64,000 nt of DNA from Botryllus schlosseri (Eukaryota): assembly GCA_051294905.1 (NCBI GenBank), contig CM119372.1, forward strand, positions 31,436,001 to 31,500,000, read 5' to 3'. This document shows positions 13,646 through 26,886 of the stretch, piece by piece. Each line of letters starts with the position of its first letter. Position 1 is the stretch's first letter. The position numbers and the translations under genes were made by a program. Under the pieces are notes generated by a model. That model was given only the letters and a program-made list of their open reading frames with translations, was not told where the DNA came from and searched no databases.

Positions 13646-14369
13646 CAGGGGTGGCCAACCTTTTCAGCCAAAGGGCCACATTCGATTGACGAACTATTGC
13701 GCGGGCCACTAGCCGCGCCATGCGCGAAAATTTTTCGAACTTCATAGGTCAATAATATTGTCACTTGACTATATTGCGGGCCTGCTGTATATCGCTGGTC
13801 TCAGTTTGCAAGGACTGGACTATTCGACGGCTGGACATATCTATATCGAAAGCTTCGACCAACATGCGTCAATCATTTTGAGCTTAGGTTTCATGGTAGA
13901 CGGTCTTTCTGCGAGCGCAAACGCAAGGTCGCATATGTTGAACGACACTTTGCCTCGTAATAGCGAATATAGTTAGACTCAATCTGATACATTAGGCGTT
14001 CTTTCATTTTACAAAGTTACTCCTGAGTAACAATATTAAAAGCAAAAAATCGAGTGACAACATGTTGCGCGAAGCGTGTAGAAAATTCTTACTTTTGATA
14101 AATCTATCGCAAATTATTCTGCTTTATTGTAGTGTACGAAGATCTACCAAAATGTGACTGACTCATGGATCTGTGAATGCGTCGAAACTGATATTTTAGT
14201 CTTCACATCTCAAGTGTTGCGGCCAGACTAAGCAAATTTTTGGTTGGCCTTGCAAGTTCACAATCTGTGCAATCCATTTTTGATAATATTACTAATTTCA
14301 GAAATTACCTCGTGGGCCACTCAAAACCTTCTCGCCAACCACCCGCGGGCCACGGGTTGGCCGGCCCTG
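13646..14369. mobile_element. hAT (Buster-type) MITE
   Basis: TIRs CAGGGGTGGCCAACC / GGTTGGCCGGCCCTG, TSD CTCTAGGT. Related to 26887-27725. Confidence 0.9.
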
Positions 14370-15471
14370 CTCTAGGTTAATCAAATCCATAATATCGTGC
14401 ATTGATTGAAATGATGCAAGTCTAGTAGGCTACTGGTAAGCCTACAGCTGATATACATTCTTATACACCAGAATCCTGAGACAGTATGTGCACTCAGATT
14501 TGTTATTATATATATCCTGTCATAGTGAAAATTGGGCTAGTATCAATTACAGTATTAGTATATCCAGGGTGCATGAATTTTAGCAAGGTCACCAACATCA
14601 GTCATGTTACAATATCATTTAGCGATGCCAAAATGTAGGCTACTTACATTGTCAGGGGATTGTTTTGGCTTAGGCTAGGGGACATCACCCGAAAGTAGAG
14701 AGCGAGTGCGGCAGATCGTTTATTGAATTCTGTTACCAGAAAAAAAATGAAAACACAATATTTACATATTAACTGCATCAGGTGTGTAGCCAACTGAAAA
14801 AAGGGAGGGGGTTGAAAACGGACCAGTCACATTTCAAAACAAATTTTGCAGACGGTGAACCATCAAAAATCAAAATTACCCCAAAATGTAATCATGATAA
14901 ATGCAGGCTATGCAACTCAAGAGCAAATATTGGGAATGTAATACAGCCGTTCTTATATGAAGCATATTATGCGTGATTCTGTTTGTTTTGAAAATGAAAC
15001 TTTGCTCTTTGCTAGCGGTATCGTACAGGCCTACTACCAAATGTCGCAAAATTGTAGCCAATAGTCGAAATTTAACAAATTTTGTCCAAAAAGCATTCTT
15101 AGTTTTCACTATTTTGAAACAGTTTCATACAACAATTGTAGCATTGCCACGTACGCTAAGTCTAAAGTAGACTATAAACTCTATACCGGTACCGTAGTCC
15201 TAATACGATACCATGCAAAATTTGCTATTTCATTTCTAAAATTATTGGAGAGGAGTCCAACTTCCTACATTTTGGAATTGAGGCATAAATTACAATAGGC
15301 TATATAGGGCCTATGGCAGATCGGCATGTAAGTTGACACGATCTGGTGGTTGAGAACCACTACTCCAGAGTACAACCTTAAACATAGTCAGAATTAGGGA
15401 TGCACAGAACAGAATCAGACATCAAGAACACAAAATATCATTATCATCCAAGAATAGCTGTAAATGCATAC

Positions 15472-15525
15472 CTGACCGATTCCCTTCGCCAGCAGAGAGA
15501 GAGACGGCAAGGTAGAGCTTGACAT
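15472..15525 (-). CDS. KIAA2012: KIAA2012-family protein, first coding exon (MSSSTLPSLSLLAKGIGQ)
   Basis: ATG at 15525-15523, 18 codons, donor CAG|GTATGC. Peptide resembles the vertebrate KIAA2012 N-terminus as recalled (MFTLSLLSRGHGK). Phase 0 join to the exon at 6857. Confidence 0.8.
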
Positions 15526-17254
15526 AGCTCCTTTTCAGTGATGAAACGTTTACATCGCCAGAAATTTTGTCTTGACTTAATTCATCAATTGGATTTTAAA
15601 AGGATATCTACTACAGTTCCTGATAAATGAACACTGCTTCAATTACCAATATTATTCGCCAAAAAGGCACGGTAGGCCTACAGGTAAATTTGCAGAAACA
15701 AATTGATAGCCCACCACGGCTTTCAATGTGCCGATAAACAGTGTTGTTTCTTTTTCTAATGGTCCATGATGTGCAGACTGACATTGAAAATCAATAGACA
15801 AAATATGTAGCATGCTGTATCACACGATTTCGATATACCTATGCAGGTAAATGTAGGCTACAGTAAATAATTATTCACAATGAAACTATATTAAAACCGG
15901 CAGCTTTTCAAGCTGGCACTCTGCCGGGAAAATCTTCAGCAAAGAAGGAATTTCAAAAACTTGAGCACAACTAGCCTTTAGCATACCACCAATTATGTTA
16001 CAGAAACTTATATAACATGAAATGTAGGCAAACAGAGAACGAATGTAGTGAGCTGGTGACCATTTTCCTTCTGCTGACACAAGTGCAGCTGCTGTGTTTT
16101 AATAGGAGGGATTCGAAAGTCGACTAATGGAAAAGTGTGCGGCATCTCCACAATATGAAAAATATCTCGTCACTATAGCTTTGGCACAAGTGGAATTCTC
16201 AAGTAAACGATAGTTCATAGCCATTGCATGATTGTATTCCGGTAGGCTTATCCAAAAGTCAAGAAGCATTTTTCTGCAAATGTAATGTAGCCTACGCGGT
16301 CGAATCCCTCTTGGAATGTGTTGTTTGATATGTTACTGCCAGTGGCGGGTTGTTCTTACCACATAGGCTACCTACAATATTTTCATTGATAAACATATTT
16401 ATTTATATTTGGAAACAGGCCTAAAGAGCATTCATTTGCAACATTAAACTTGACAGCGATAGACAACATTTCGCTAACATCATGAGAGGCGATCCAGCGT
16501 TCAGAGATCCTTTATAACTTGAAGCGATAGCTCGTTACACTGGCTAAATTGTAAGGTGGCCCAATAAATGCCAACACGAATCATGGACCAGCAGACGTGG
16601 TACAATCTCAAATTGAAATACCGACCATTTTGGGAAATCATAGGATTAACTACGGCAAATTCAATTTGTCGTGACCAAACTTCATGTTCCAGACATGCCT
16701 AAAGAGAGGATGAGGCTTTTTCGCAAATTTTCATCCTGCATTTTGAAAAGGGCCTGTTACAGAGTTTTGATAAAGATATGACTAAATAATTACTGAAAAA
16801 AAAATAGGACACTGCTAAAATAGCGGTACATATCTATCAAGTGAGAGTCAAAACCTGTAAGTAGCCTACCGGTATCTTGTGTCGCGCCAATGTATAGCCT
16901 ATTTCACGAAATTAGAATTAACATACATGTGGCTGTGGCTGCTTTATTCACATTGCGTTATAATATTCACTGACCTCCAAATAAAATACGGCGTTATAGT
17001 AAGGTAGGCCTACATTATAATTTAGTCAATCGAAGGATAGCTTACAGTATATCCGCGAGCAAGTCTATCAAGTCATATTATCACTGTTGTACTGTAGGGC
17101 CTTCATCGGGGGTGGCCAACCTGCGGCCGTAGAAGGAAATTTGTGCGGCCGTGCGACGTAATTTAATTAGTATGATTGTGTTGGCGGCCGTCGACATGCA
17201 AATTGAATTCCAAATTTTTAGAGCTTTAAATTGAACTTGAAATTGAATGCTGTA

Positions 17255-18562
17255 CCATAAACCGGGGTAACTTTGGACTTGAGGGTAACTTTGGACACTA
17301 AGCAGTAAAAGATTTAAATGGTTCTTGATGGAAAACGGTTGCCGCTGGATGTCCAATTCTTTTTCATGAGGCAAGAGTACCACAAGTAGTCTCAATAACA
17401 GATGAATTCATTTCACTACCAGTTAAACTTGACCAAACATTGATAAATTAATGGCGGGGGTCAATTTCATCAAAATTGATGGCCAATAGGCCTAAACTTC
17501 TTACAACCAAACATAGATAGCATGTGATTCATAGATTCAAAACTTGGCAGCAGATACCTCTAAGTAGTCTTAATCCATAACAAAAATCTCAGTGGGCTCA
17601 CCCTTAGATCAATACAAGAAAATGTGATGTCCAAAGTTGCCCCGTCAAATTTTATCAGAACGGGGTAACTTTGGACAGTGGAAAATGTGATATTTAGAGC
17701 TCTGGAAAGTGGCTGCTTAATCTGTGTCAAAGTGTATCGTCAACTATATTCCTTATGACCGGCCTGATGGTTTTTGTAAATGGAATGAGAAGGTTAACAA
17801 ATTAAGAGTTTGCCAAATTATGAAAAATTGGTAGGCAATGAGCTGAGAGATTGTAATCGGGTGTAAGCTACTTCAAAAACTTATCACATACTCCTAAAGA
17901 TGTGCGTGCTGAATATGGGATATCGTAAATTATGACATATATATCCATCAGAGGACATAAGAAAGGGAAATTGTATCTTTCAAAGAACAGTAACATATTT
18001 GAAATCGGCAATAAATCACGGTACCGTAACATGCTTCATGTTTGCTGTCGATTGCTGACACTGCCAGTGGGATACCCCTCATCACCATATGTTATTTATA
18101 AGTCCCAATTGGTGAAGGCATGAGGGAAATTTGAGATAAGGGATGAATAAGGGGGCATTACCCTTCATAAACTACCTAATTTTTTTTTTTGGGGGGGGGG
18201 GATTATTAGGTAAAAATCATGCAATAGGTCAGACATTAACTATTTTGTTTCAGTTTTAGCCACTGCTCTCCTCAACTCTCACCAAATACGGCTCATTTAC
18301 GAGGTATCATAAACAATAGAGTGTAAAGACATACAAAAAACTACATTGTCCAAAGTTACCCCACATGCAGGGTTAACTTTGGACACAGATAATTTACGAA
18401 AATAAGGTACTTATTTATGACCATGAAGATTTTGGATTAGGTAATTCTAATCTTTGCTCCATGACCCATGAAAAACACTAAACTTACCTCCCCTACACCC
18501 TAGCATTTCCAAGATACAAAGCGGAATTGTTGAAAATTGTCCAAAGTTACCCCGGTTTACGG
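17255..18562. mobile_element. Tc1/mariner (pogo/Tigger-like) non-autonomous element
   Basis: 24-bp TIRs CC(A/G)TAAACCGGGGTAACTTTGGAC, TA TSD, internal repeats of GGGTAACTTTGGAC. Confidence 0.88.
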
Positions 18563-19135
18563 TACTTAATTTTTCAATTTTAATTTAGTAGCGTCCTTTG
18601 TAATCTGAGCCCCACAGTCCAGATACGAAAAGCAGAGGAAAACGATGTGCCCAATATAGAAATACCAACTTGGAATCGTGTGCTTCTCAAGAAAGAAATT
18701 TGTTTCTAGAACGTTTGGCCGATTCCATTACATTTCCACTATACTGGCAATCTTGATGGGAGATCAAACCCTAACAGCATGCAACAAAGTGACCAATAAC
18801 AATTGGCCCACCCGAATATGCATCATCATTTATAACTTGCCCTAAATTTATGCAGCCATTACCTCCATCAGCTCTACCGGTGAATCTCATCACACGGGCT
18901 GAGGAAGGATATATTGATGGTATATAGGCCTAATATGTAAATAATGACAACATTCATTCACGAATCTGAAATTATTTTCACGCTTGGCACGACAATAACG
19001 ATCTCGTTTCCAGTAACTATCATAACATGACCCATCGCGATTTCGGTGCGTACCGTACAGTAGGCCGATATCAAAAAGTAGATTAGTCTGGAGTTCACCG
19101 AAAATGGACATCGACAGATTAACATGGGTATTTGG

Positions 19136-19629
19136 CAGGGTTGTAATGACTTGAGTCATGACTCCACTCGAGTCGCGATTCTCCGACGATTCGACTTGAC
19201 CCGAGTCCTTTCCTCAAAATACGGAAATGACTCGACTCGAGTCAATCTGTGTATTGACTCGACTCTCAGACGGCTAAGACCGACATTTCATTGTCACTTC
19301 GAAGAATAGTAAAGTAACCACATCTTGGTTATATCGCCTATTATTGGTAGGCTACTTGAAAATGCGACCAGAAACTGTTAAAAGTGTGAAAAATTGAGAC
19401 ATTTTAAATGCGAACCATCGATATCACCAACCAGAGTTAAAAAAAGACTTCAACGCGAAACTGAGCTGTCAACGGCAACGCAATGACTTGGACTCGGACT
19501 CAAGTCATAATACCATGACTCGGACTCGACTCGGTGGTGAATTAAAAACGACTCGACTTGACTCGAATCAAAACTATAAAGGTGAGAGTGACTTGTGACT
19601 CGAAGCCTTGTGACTTCGTTACAACCCTG
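19136..19629. mobile_element. hAT MITE, CAGGGTTGTAA family (inverted relative to 12284)
   Basis: TIRs present, TSD GTATTTGG/ATATTTGG. Confidence 0.88.
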
Positions 19630-20136
19630 ATATTTGGTGTCCAGTTGGTTCATTGTGACTATGTCCTGGAATGCAGCCGTAGGCTATACATAAGTAATCG
19701 AAATGCGGCAGTGCATAGCAAAAGGGTTGGCCACCCCTGGTCGGCTGGTCCATGGTCACATGATCATTCATTATAGGCTCTCGCTATAAATCATTCCAGT
19801 TTAAAATTATGACACGATTATGACTGTGCCTGGAACATCTACTATAAAGATGAGATTTAAGTCTTCTCATAATCATGAATACAGCAGAACAAAATACGGT
19901 ATCAGCGTCATCGTTGGTTTATTAATATTTTCATCAGATCACATATGACCGGAATATCTCATGCTAGAGGCTGCTTTGGCTTACAAATATCTGATTATGT
20001 GAACGTATTCAACCAAACTTGCTGTAACACATGTACTGTGTCATACAAATGTAATACGATACGACAGATTTCATGCTGACAGAATCAACGGGGTGAAATT
20101 ACTCGTCGGAAACAGCGACCTCGCTAAGTTGGGGTG

Positions 20137-20150
20137 ACAGCCATGGCAAC
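20137..20150. promoter_or_regulatory. Candidate RFX X-box upstream of the KIAA2012-like gene
   Basis: ACAGCCATGGCAAC matches 11/14 of the palindrome GTTGCCATGGCAAC, in a CpG-rich patch followed by GTGACG. A possible minus-strand donor (GTAATT) lies at 20102-20097. Confidence 0.4.
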
Positions 20151-20600
20151 GTGACGCCGCTGTGCACTCAACTGTAACACGCGACGGCCATTCGTGCGTG
20201 AACAACAGCAGTGATTTCCTTGAGCATTGAGCTCAGCTCAGCAGTCAGCATCGCCAATTTTGCGTTTTTCACGAAGATGCATCTTGCAGTGTTTGCAATG
20301 TTTCAAAGGTTATTGAATTCACGACACTGCCATTAGGTTTTCGAATTATGTGCGCAAGAAATTTAGCTTGTTGGTTATCAATGAATGATGAGAGGTCTTC
20401 GCCAGTGCGACAGATTTTATGAAGATTCTGGTTACTAATTTTGAAGGCGTGGTCGGTTCCCTTTCGATTTTACCCTACATGTACCATTTTTCGCAAAAAT
20501 TGTCTGTAGCAGACATCAAGGATTTTCTTTGATTTTCCGAAAGAGACCCTTTTCACGTAGTACCAACATTTAATTTTCATGAAAGTCGTGTAATCAGGGC

Positions 20601-20727
20601 ATGGTATGGTATGGTATGGTATGGTATGGTATGGTATGGTATGGTATGGTATGGTATGGTATGGTATGGTATGGTATGGTATGGTATGGTATGGTATGGT
20701 ATGGTATGGAAGTATGGTATGGTATGG
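20601..20727. repeat. (ATGGT)n pentanucleotide microsatellite
   Basis: About 21 perfect units then degenerate TATGG motifs to ~20800. Begins directly after CAGGGC, a possible hAT terminus. Confidence 0.95.
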
Positions 20728-21308
20728 ATCGATATTTTGGTATGGAATATGGAACAATGCAAGTATGGTATGGAATGGAAGATTTTAATCTATGGTATGG
20801 AACGACATTTCCATACTTTGATGTTTTATATATTTTATAGTGATCGATATTCTAGACACGACGTCTCCGAGCATAGTCTATCATGTGACGCAATAATTGG
20901 TAATGTTGACTACTCCAACTACCTCATTCCTTGAGTGACGAGAGCTTACAAGCAATCATGATGCAACGTACTTAATGCTCAATGTGATTGATAATTACAT
21001 TTCTTCTGAAACATTATCCGTACATTTATGCTATTTACCTGCCGAGATATCTTATTGGTCATATTTCAAACGCTGTCGCATTAGGATTATAGATCAGGGA
21101 GTGGGGTAGATTTAGTTTGAAATTCTCGCCACACTAACCCCAACCAAATACCGTACTAATAATCACGCAGATCGCTGCAGTATTGATCGCCTGCAGCTGG
21201 GATATTTTATGGGTGCGCCAATATTATATATTATTTTGCGAGTATTTACTTCAAACTTGCATGTGCCTCATGCCAATGTACCGGAAATGCGATGATATTC
21301 TTATGGAG

Positions 21309-21882
21309 CAGGGGCGTGCAACTTCTGTAGTCGGCGGGGCGGATATAGGAAAATTAAGTAGGCCTACTTGGCGGGCCGGATTGCTGAATGGATAAATTAT
21401 TCGCCCATATATACTAGGAATAAATCGTATTTATTGAAAGTATTTTATCGACAGCAATGTCACTTCAAAGCCATTTCTCGCCGATAATGAAATACAATGT
21501 GGATTTGAGAGCAGCATTTGTCATACAGGCGCCGCCATGTCTGTTTCTCTCTGATCAACTAACTCACAGTGCAATCCTTAATTAACATTTCAAAGCGTTT
21601 GATAAGCCCCTTTACCCAAAATTTACCAAGATATCAATTCATTAGGGTTGAGTACATCGTAAATGCCGATAATGCAAGTCTTCTCGCTTCGAAGAACTTA
21701 CCCGTAAGCTCCACTCTCGCATGCTGCGCAGTGCGCAGAACTATAATAACATGCGGTCACTAAAATTTGACGTTTAGGAAAGTAGTGGGGAATCTCGGCA
21801 GACTGGGGCCGCGGGCCACATTATCATGTAAGACGGGAAACTGTCCGCGGGCCGGACAAAATCTCGTTGCGGGACGTATGTT
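21309..21882. mobile_element. hAT MITE, paralog of 56229-57108, right end damaged
   Basis: Left TIR CAGGGGCGTGCAAC and colinear similarity to the 56229 copy along its length. Confidence 0.85.
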
Positions 21883-21950
21883 GTACACGGCACCTCACCA
21901 ATGTGAACTAAACCTCACCAAAACAGACTCTGTGAAACTATTACCAGACC

Positions 21951-22225
21951 CTTATGTCTTATGGCGGGGGTGGCACGGTGCCATTGTGTCTTATGGCGGG
22001 GGTGGCACGGCAACCTTTTCGGGTATAGGCTGCGGCGGCACGGTGCCGCGAAAACTCGTGGTGGCATGGTTACCTTTTCGGGTATACGCGCGGTGGCACG
22101 GTGTCGTGAAAACTCGTGGTGGCATGGTTACCTTTTCAGGTGTAGGCGCGGTGACATGGTGACCCTTCGGGTATAGACTGTTGATGATTTGACTAACGTT
22201 GGGGTATAAGCGCGGCGGCACGGTG
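21951..22225. repeat. GC-rich tandem repeats (~31-bp and ~59-bp periods)
   Basis: Recurrent GGTGGCA(C/T)GGT and ACCTTTTCGGGTATA motifs. Confidence 0.85.
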
Positions 22226-23059
22226 TTGAATATGTATCGGGTCACGTGATTGGTTCTTAGTTAATGTATATGTCGCAAATTATTATATATGACCGATTAC
22301 AGGTAATCCCAACGTTTACGGTGAGTGCAACAATGATATATCGTTATTCTTATGGACGCGGCGGTGATTCGTACTTTCGGGTATAGGCTGCGGGCGGAAT
22401 GTCGTACTTTCAGCAAAAAGGTGTGAACTAGTTTGGTGAATCTAGGAATCACTAGTAAGGTAATATTTGGTAATTAGTTTACCAGAGAGCCGGCGTAGAC
22501 GGTGATTCCAATACCAACAATAACCGCGTTCACAAACTAACACTTCAAATAGGGGTGAAATAGTTTGCAAAACCCCGCGAGCGCTGACAAGATAATGTCT
22601 CGGACATAACCATCTTTCGCGGCTTCGAGTTACAGGCATATCGATCGCTCACGCGGTGAAATTTTCGTAAGCAGTTTGTCACAGAACTTGATTTCACTCG
22701 TAAAGATTTAATAAGTAACGAATAACAGACCGCCAGTGTCGGTAACTTGAATAGCGACAAATTGTCACTTATTTCTACTCTAACCCTAATGCTTTGTGAA
22801 GTGTACGCTTATTCAAAAAGGTGCGAAATAATTCTAAAATCCTACGATCGCTCACAAGATAACACCTATAAGACATAACCATCTCTCGTGACTTGTGGTT
22901 ACATACATCGCAATCGCTACAATGTAATATGTTGGTAGTTTGGTGCAGAGCTGGATTTCACGAGTCTGATATAATAAGAATATTACCTATTAAGTAATAA
23001 GCACCGAATAAGAGAACCGTCGCAGACGGTGACTTGAATATCCAAGATCATCATCATTG

Positions 23060-23310
23060 GTTTATTAGCAATTTTATCAGTTCAATACACCACAAAAATG
23101 CGATACAATGAAAAGACAGGAGGATGTCGAAGCGACAAGGAGTAGTCTATGGAATCTGACACCCACCTTGGCCTAGGCGATGTAAAGAGGAGGCATGCAC
23201 ACTGAATGAAAGTAAAGAAGATAGTATAGAAAAAGAATGCGACAAGAAATAGGGCGGCATGTCATGGGAAGCGAGATCGATAGGTCAGTCGTGGTCCGGT
23301 AATCTTGAGG
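23060..23310 (-). mobile_element. LINE 3'-UTR fragment (same family as 11840-12920)
   Basis: Reverse-complement similarity to 12130-12275 plus 12840-12910, e.g. TACATCGCCTAGGCCA(A)GGTGGGTGTC and ACCGGACCAC. Confidence 0.75.
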
Positions 23311-24672
23311 ATGGACTTGATACTTTTCGCGATCGCTATATGTTTCACGTTGACTTTGGTTGCGTGATGCGAATCATGAAAATATTCAATCAATGTGTCA
23401 ATTTGTCAACTTGAAATGAAACTCACTACACAGACCAAGTTGATTCGTATTTGAATGTGTTGATCCGGTACAACTCTAATCGTTTGAGAAATCCATTTAC
23501 CGCGATCAGTTGATTCGAACGTAACTTGAATATTGCTGACTCCAACTTCAGTCGCATCGAATTATTCACACATTCCACGCTGCTGTTTCACACCTATAGA
23601 ATCAATACCAACTAACTAAACAAGAATCAAGAATCACAAGTATGCACATACAATAATTGTATTTATTACTGAGAAATCAAACGCTTAACAAAAACACGCA
23701 ACTTATCATTTGCCAACTCTAGCATTACCAAAAAATCAGGTAGGCGTATTGTTGATTGAAAATCCTTGAGTCCTTATTATCAAAAATGTTATAGTGCGGC
23801 GTCGGAATCCATTCGCGGGATGTACTAAAGGTAAATTCAGATAATCCAAAATGAAATATTAGGACTTTGACATAGTCTGAATTGAAATACATTGATAAAC
23901 ATGACTACCAACTTTCACCCAGTCACATTTCGAGATTATACGCGCATTGATTTGAAACAAGTAATGAAACATTACAACTCTATTCGCGACCTGTCTTTAC
24001 GTTTGTCAAAGAGAGTTTCAGAAATACTATCACTATGACACCTCAACATTTTAACATCTTACCATACGCAAAAGAGTGAAATACAAAAACCTTGTCAAGT
24101 CAATCCGTTTGTAACTCACCCAACCAAAGCAAAAAGTGTCCGTACGAAAAGTAGACAAGATTACGCAAGTAATCACTACAACCCACAAACATATCAAGTT
24201 CGGTTGTAGGCATGTACCACCAACTCGTCTTTTTTGTTCAACTGTAAAAGTCGTTACTATTCCGCAAGACAAAGAAATTACTATGCGGTATATTTTGTAA
24301 GACAAAAGTAATTACTTCTCGGTATCGGCGACTTGAGATTAACATAATATGTTTGAGTATACGAGATTTGAAAGTCTGACCATCGTAGTTGAGAATTCAT
24401 TTCTTACAATCGACCGCAGGTGCTATATCGAAAATTATCGTGATGTAAACATAAGGATTGTCACATCGATTTGACATATGGGATTTTGTAATGGTCTATC
24501 ATGACTTGATTATTAAATTATTCGCGTTAATTAGACCCGTCGTTGTGGTGAAGGTTAATATGACAGCAACAAACTTTCCAGTACCGTTGTTATTAACATA
24601 TTGAGTTATAAAACTATACGTGTCTGAAATGTTCTTGATTGGAAAATGATTCCACCTTGGTACAAATCACTC

Positions 24673-24932
24673 TGTAGCGTACCGCTCCACGATTATCCTA
24701 ATTACCCTCGCTGATCACTGATTTGATTATGCTTCTATACTTGTTGCTGTTGCGAACCTATGTTGTGTCAGTCGCTTTTAGTCACCGTCCGAGCCAGTCG
24801 TCTTTTAGTATCCGTCGGATGAGCATCGTCATGTTTTAGTTGTTTTATTAAAAGAGCAATGCTGACTTGTCTACTTTGACTTATCGAGCCGCGGACCAAG
24901 AAGAACGCGCGCCCACGACAGAGCACGCTATA
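24673..24932 (+). repeat. 5' LTR
   Basis: TGTAGCGT...ACGCTATA, direct repeat of 32835-33094, with an ATTAAA poly(A)-like signal inside. Confidence 0.97.
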
Positions 24933-24935
24933 TTT

Positions 24936-24953
24936 TGGTGACCCCGACGTGAT
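24936..24953 (+). promoter_or_regulatory. Primer-binding site, tRNA-Trp
   Basis: TGGTGACCCCGACGTGAT is complementary to the 3' end of eukaryotic tRNA-Trp (…AUCACGUCGGGGUCACCA), 3 nt after the LTR. Confidence 0.9.
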
Positions 24954-25019
24954 ATCGCCAGCCGACTCAACCCCAACGTGCACTAGCCGACTCGCATCCC
25001 TTGCTCCGCTGTATTTGAA

Positions 25020-25930
25020 ATGTCTTCTCGACGACGACGACGACAACAATCGATAGACGATATTGCGAACTCAGCGAATTTCAATGGTACCCCGAGGATG
25101 CCGCCACCGGTGGTTAGTTTCTGGTCCCATTCGCCAGAGTCGTGGTTTGTTTCGGTGGAAGCCGGATTTGTCAGTTATGGGGTTACGGACTCTGCGTCGA
25201 AGTATTTTCACGTTCTGAGATGTCTGGACAGCAAGCAGCTCGAATCGATTCGTTTGAAGTTACCGGCCCCAGAAGACGACGACTGCTACGAAGTATTGCG
25301 AGATCTTTTGATGCGTGAGTACGCTATTCCCTTGCGAGACCGTGTTAAGGAGCTTTATAGTGATCGCTGTAGAGATTTAAAACCCTCTGAACTTCTAAAG
25401 AAATTGCGAAATGCAATGGGGGCTCTATCAAACACACCAAGTTCTGACTGTTATTTGAAAGAAACGTTCCTTCATCATTTGCCAGATCATATTGCTGGGA
25501 TATTGTCGTCACATGTAGACGATACCGTGGAACAGCTTGCCCTACGAGCTGATAGTATATACACTCGCGCTTCTCCTCGTGTGGTTTCAAATCATTACAG
25601 TTATCCTCCCGCAAATCAATTAGATGAATTGCAACGAACTGTTCAATCGATAGCTCGAGAGGTCAGGGAATTGAAGGCGATACCTTCGGCACGACATTTA
25701 CCTGCATCGGGCGGACAAAGCTCGCGCAATTTCAATCGTAGTACCGTTCCTCGCCGTGAACCCTTTAGATGTGATCGACCAGCTTTTCGGACGCAGTCAA
25801 ACCGTTCAGAGACACGTGGTGAGGTAACTCAATTTGCTCATCTGCGTGGTACGAATCAGTTGTGCTTTTATCATGATAAATTCGGTGATCGAGCTCGAAA
25901 TTGCCGTCCACCCTGTTCCTACTCCTCAAA
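25020..25930 (+). CDS. gag: Gag (true C-terminus resumes at 29343-29397 after the MITE)
   Basis: FW...PESWF..VEA.F N-terminal motif and CFYHDKFGDRARNCRPPC (Cx2Hx9Cx3C) knuckle. The ORF track read-through past 25930 is MITE sequence. Confidence 0.92.
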
Positions 25931-26886
25931 CAGGGCTGTGGAGTCGGTAAATTTTACCACCGACTCCGGCTCCGACTCCGACTCCACACATTTTCAATAT
26001 ACCGACTCCGACTCCGACTCCGACTCCTGAGTCTGTAAATGTACCGACTCCGACTCCGACTCCGACTCCTGGGCCTTTAAACGTACCGACTCCGACTCCG
26101 ACTCCCGACTCCGACTCCAGCATTATTACCAATTTACTTCGAAAATTATATGCCACATTGTCGGCTGAAAGACTATCATACAACCATTAAACATATGCAA
26201 ACATATGATCAACTGTGGCATGCTAAATTGTTTCATTGTGGCACAGCTCGAATTATCCACGATGCAATTAACATGAAATAAAGATTTGCTAAATCTCCTT
26301 CCTTATTCAAGTTTTTATAACATGGACTCTCTAATATCCTGAAATGTATGAATCATTCAAATATGGCAGATATCCAATCCTGTATAATAAAAATGTAGAT
26401 AAAAAATCCAAGTGTAGCTCTTGTGTATGACTCAGCAACTAATAAAGAATTTGAACTTACTAATTTTGTAATTGCACACTATCCTGATTACAAGCACAAA
26501 CACTCTTACTACTAATGTTAGACATTGGTCATAAATGGAATTTCGTTAAGTAGTCAAAGACCATAGCCTACGTCTAGTCTACATGTAATTAATCAAGTAT
26601 TCAAGGATTAGGACTTGCAGTCTTTCTTAATCATTTGTTCGACCCAAACAGCTCAGCTACACTACAAATATTTTTAATTTTGTCAAGTGGGAAGCATCGT
26701 TTGGTCATATTTACATCATTTTTACAATTTTACAAAACCAGCCGATGCATTTTCTCTGTCACAGTATCATGGTATAATTCCAAAAATTGCATCAATTTTG
26801 ACTGCATCGCGAAAACGCATCTTGCGATTTTCTTCCCCTCTGCAACTGAGTTGTAATTTGCAAGTAATGTCTAATTTATTCTATAT

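Larger units (their letters stand above)
17107..19739. mobile_element. Probable older hAT MITE hosting two nested insertions
   Basis: Ends CGGGGGTGGCCAACC / GGTTGGCCACCCCTG are inverted repeats, but no TSD is retained. The right end is related to the fragment at 62451. Confidence 0.5.

Noticed and set aside
20470..20934. MVWYG / YHTIP repeat proteins in the ORF track
   Set aside because: Translations of the (ATGGT)n microsatellite, which lacks stops in several frames.
21767..22245. 131-aa and overlapping ORFs
   Set aside because: They span a MITE end and GC-rich tandem repeats, and stay open because of base composition.
25931..26030. DSDSDS C-terminal tail of the 336-aa Gag ORF
   Set aside because: Read-through into the (GACTCC)n repeats of the inserted MITE. 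The antisense GVGVGV and SRSRSR ORFs (25926-26183, 29231-29608) have the same cause.
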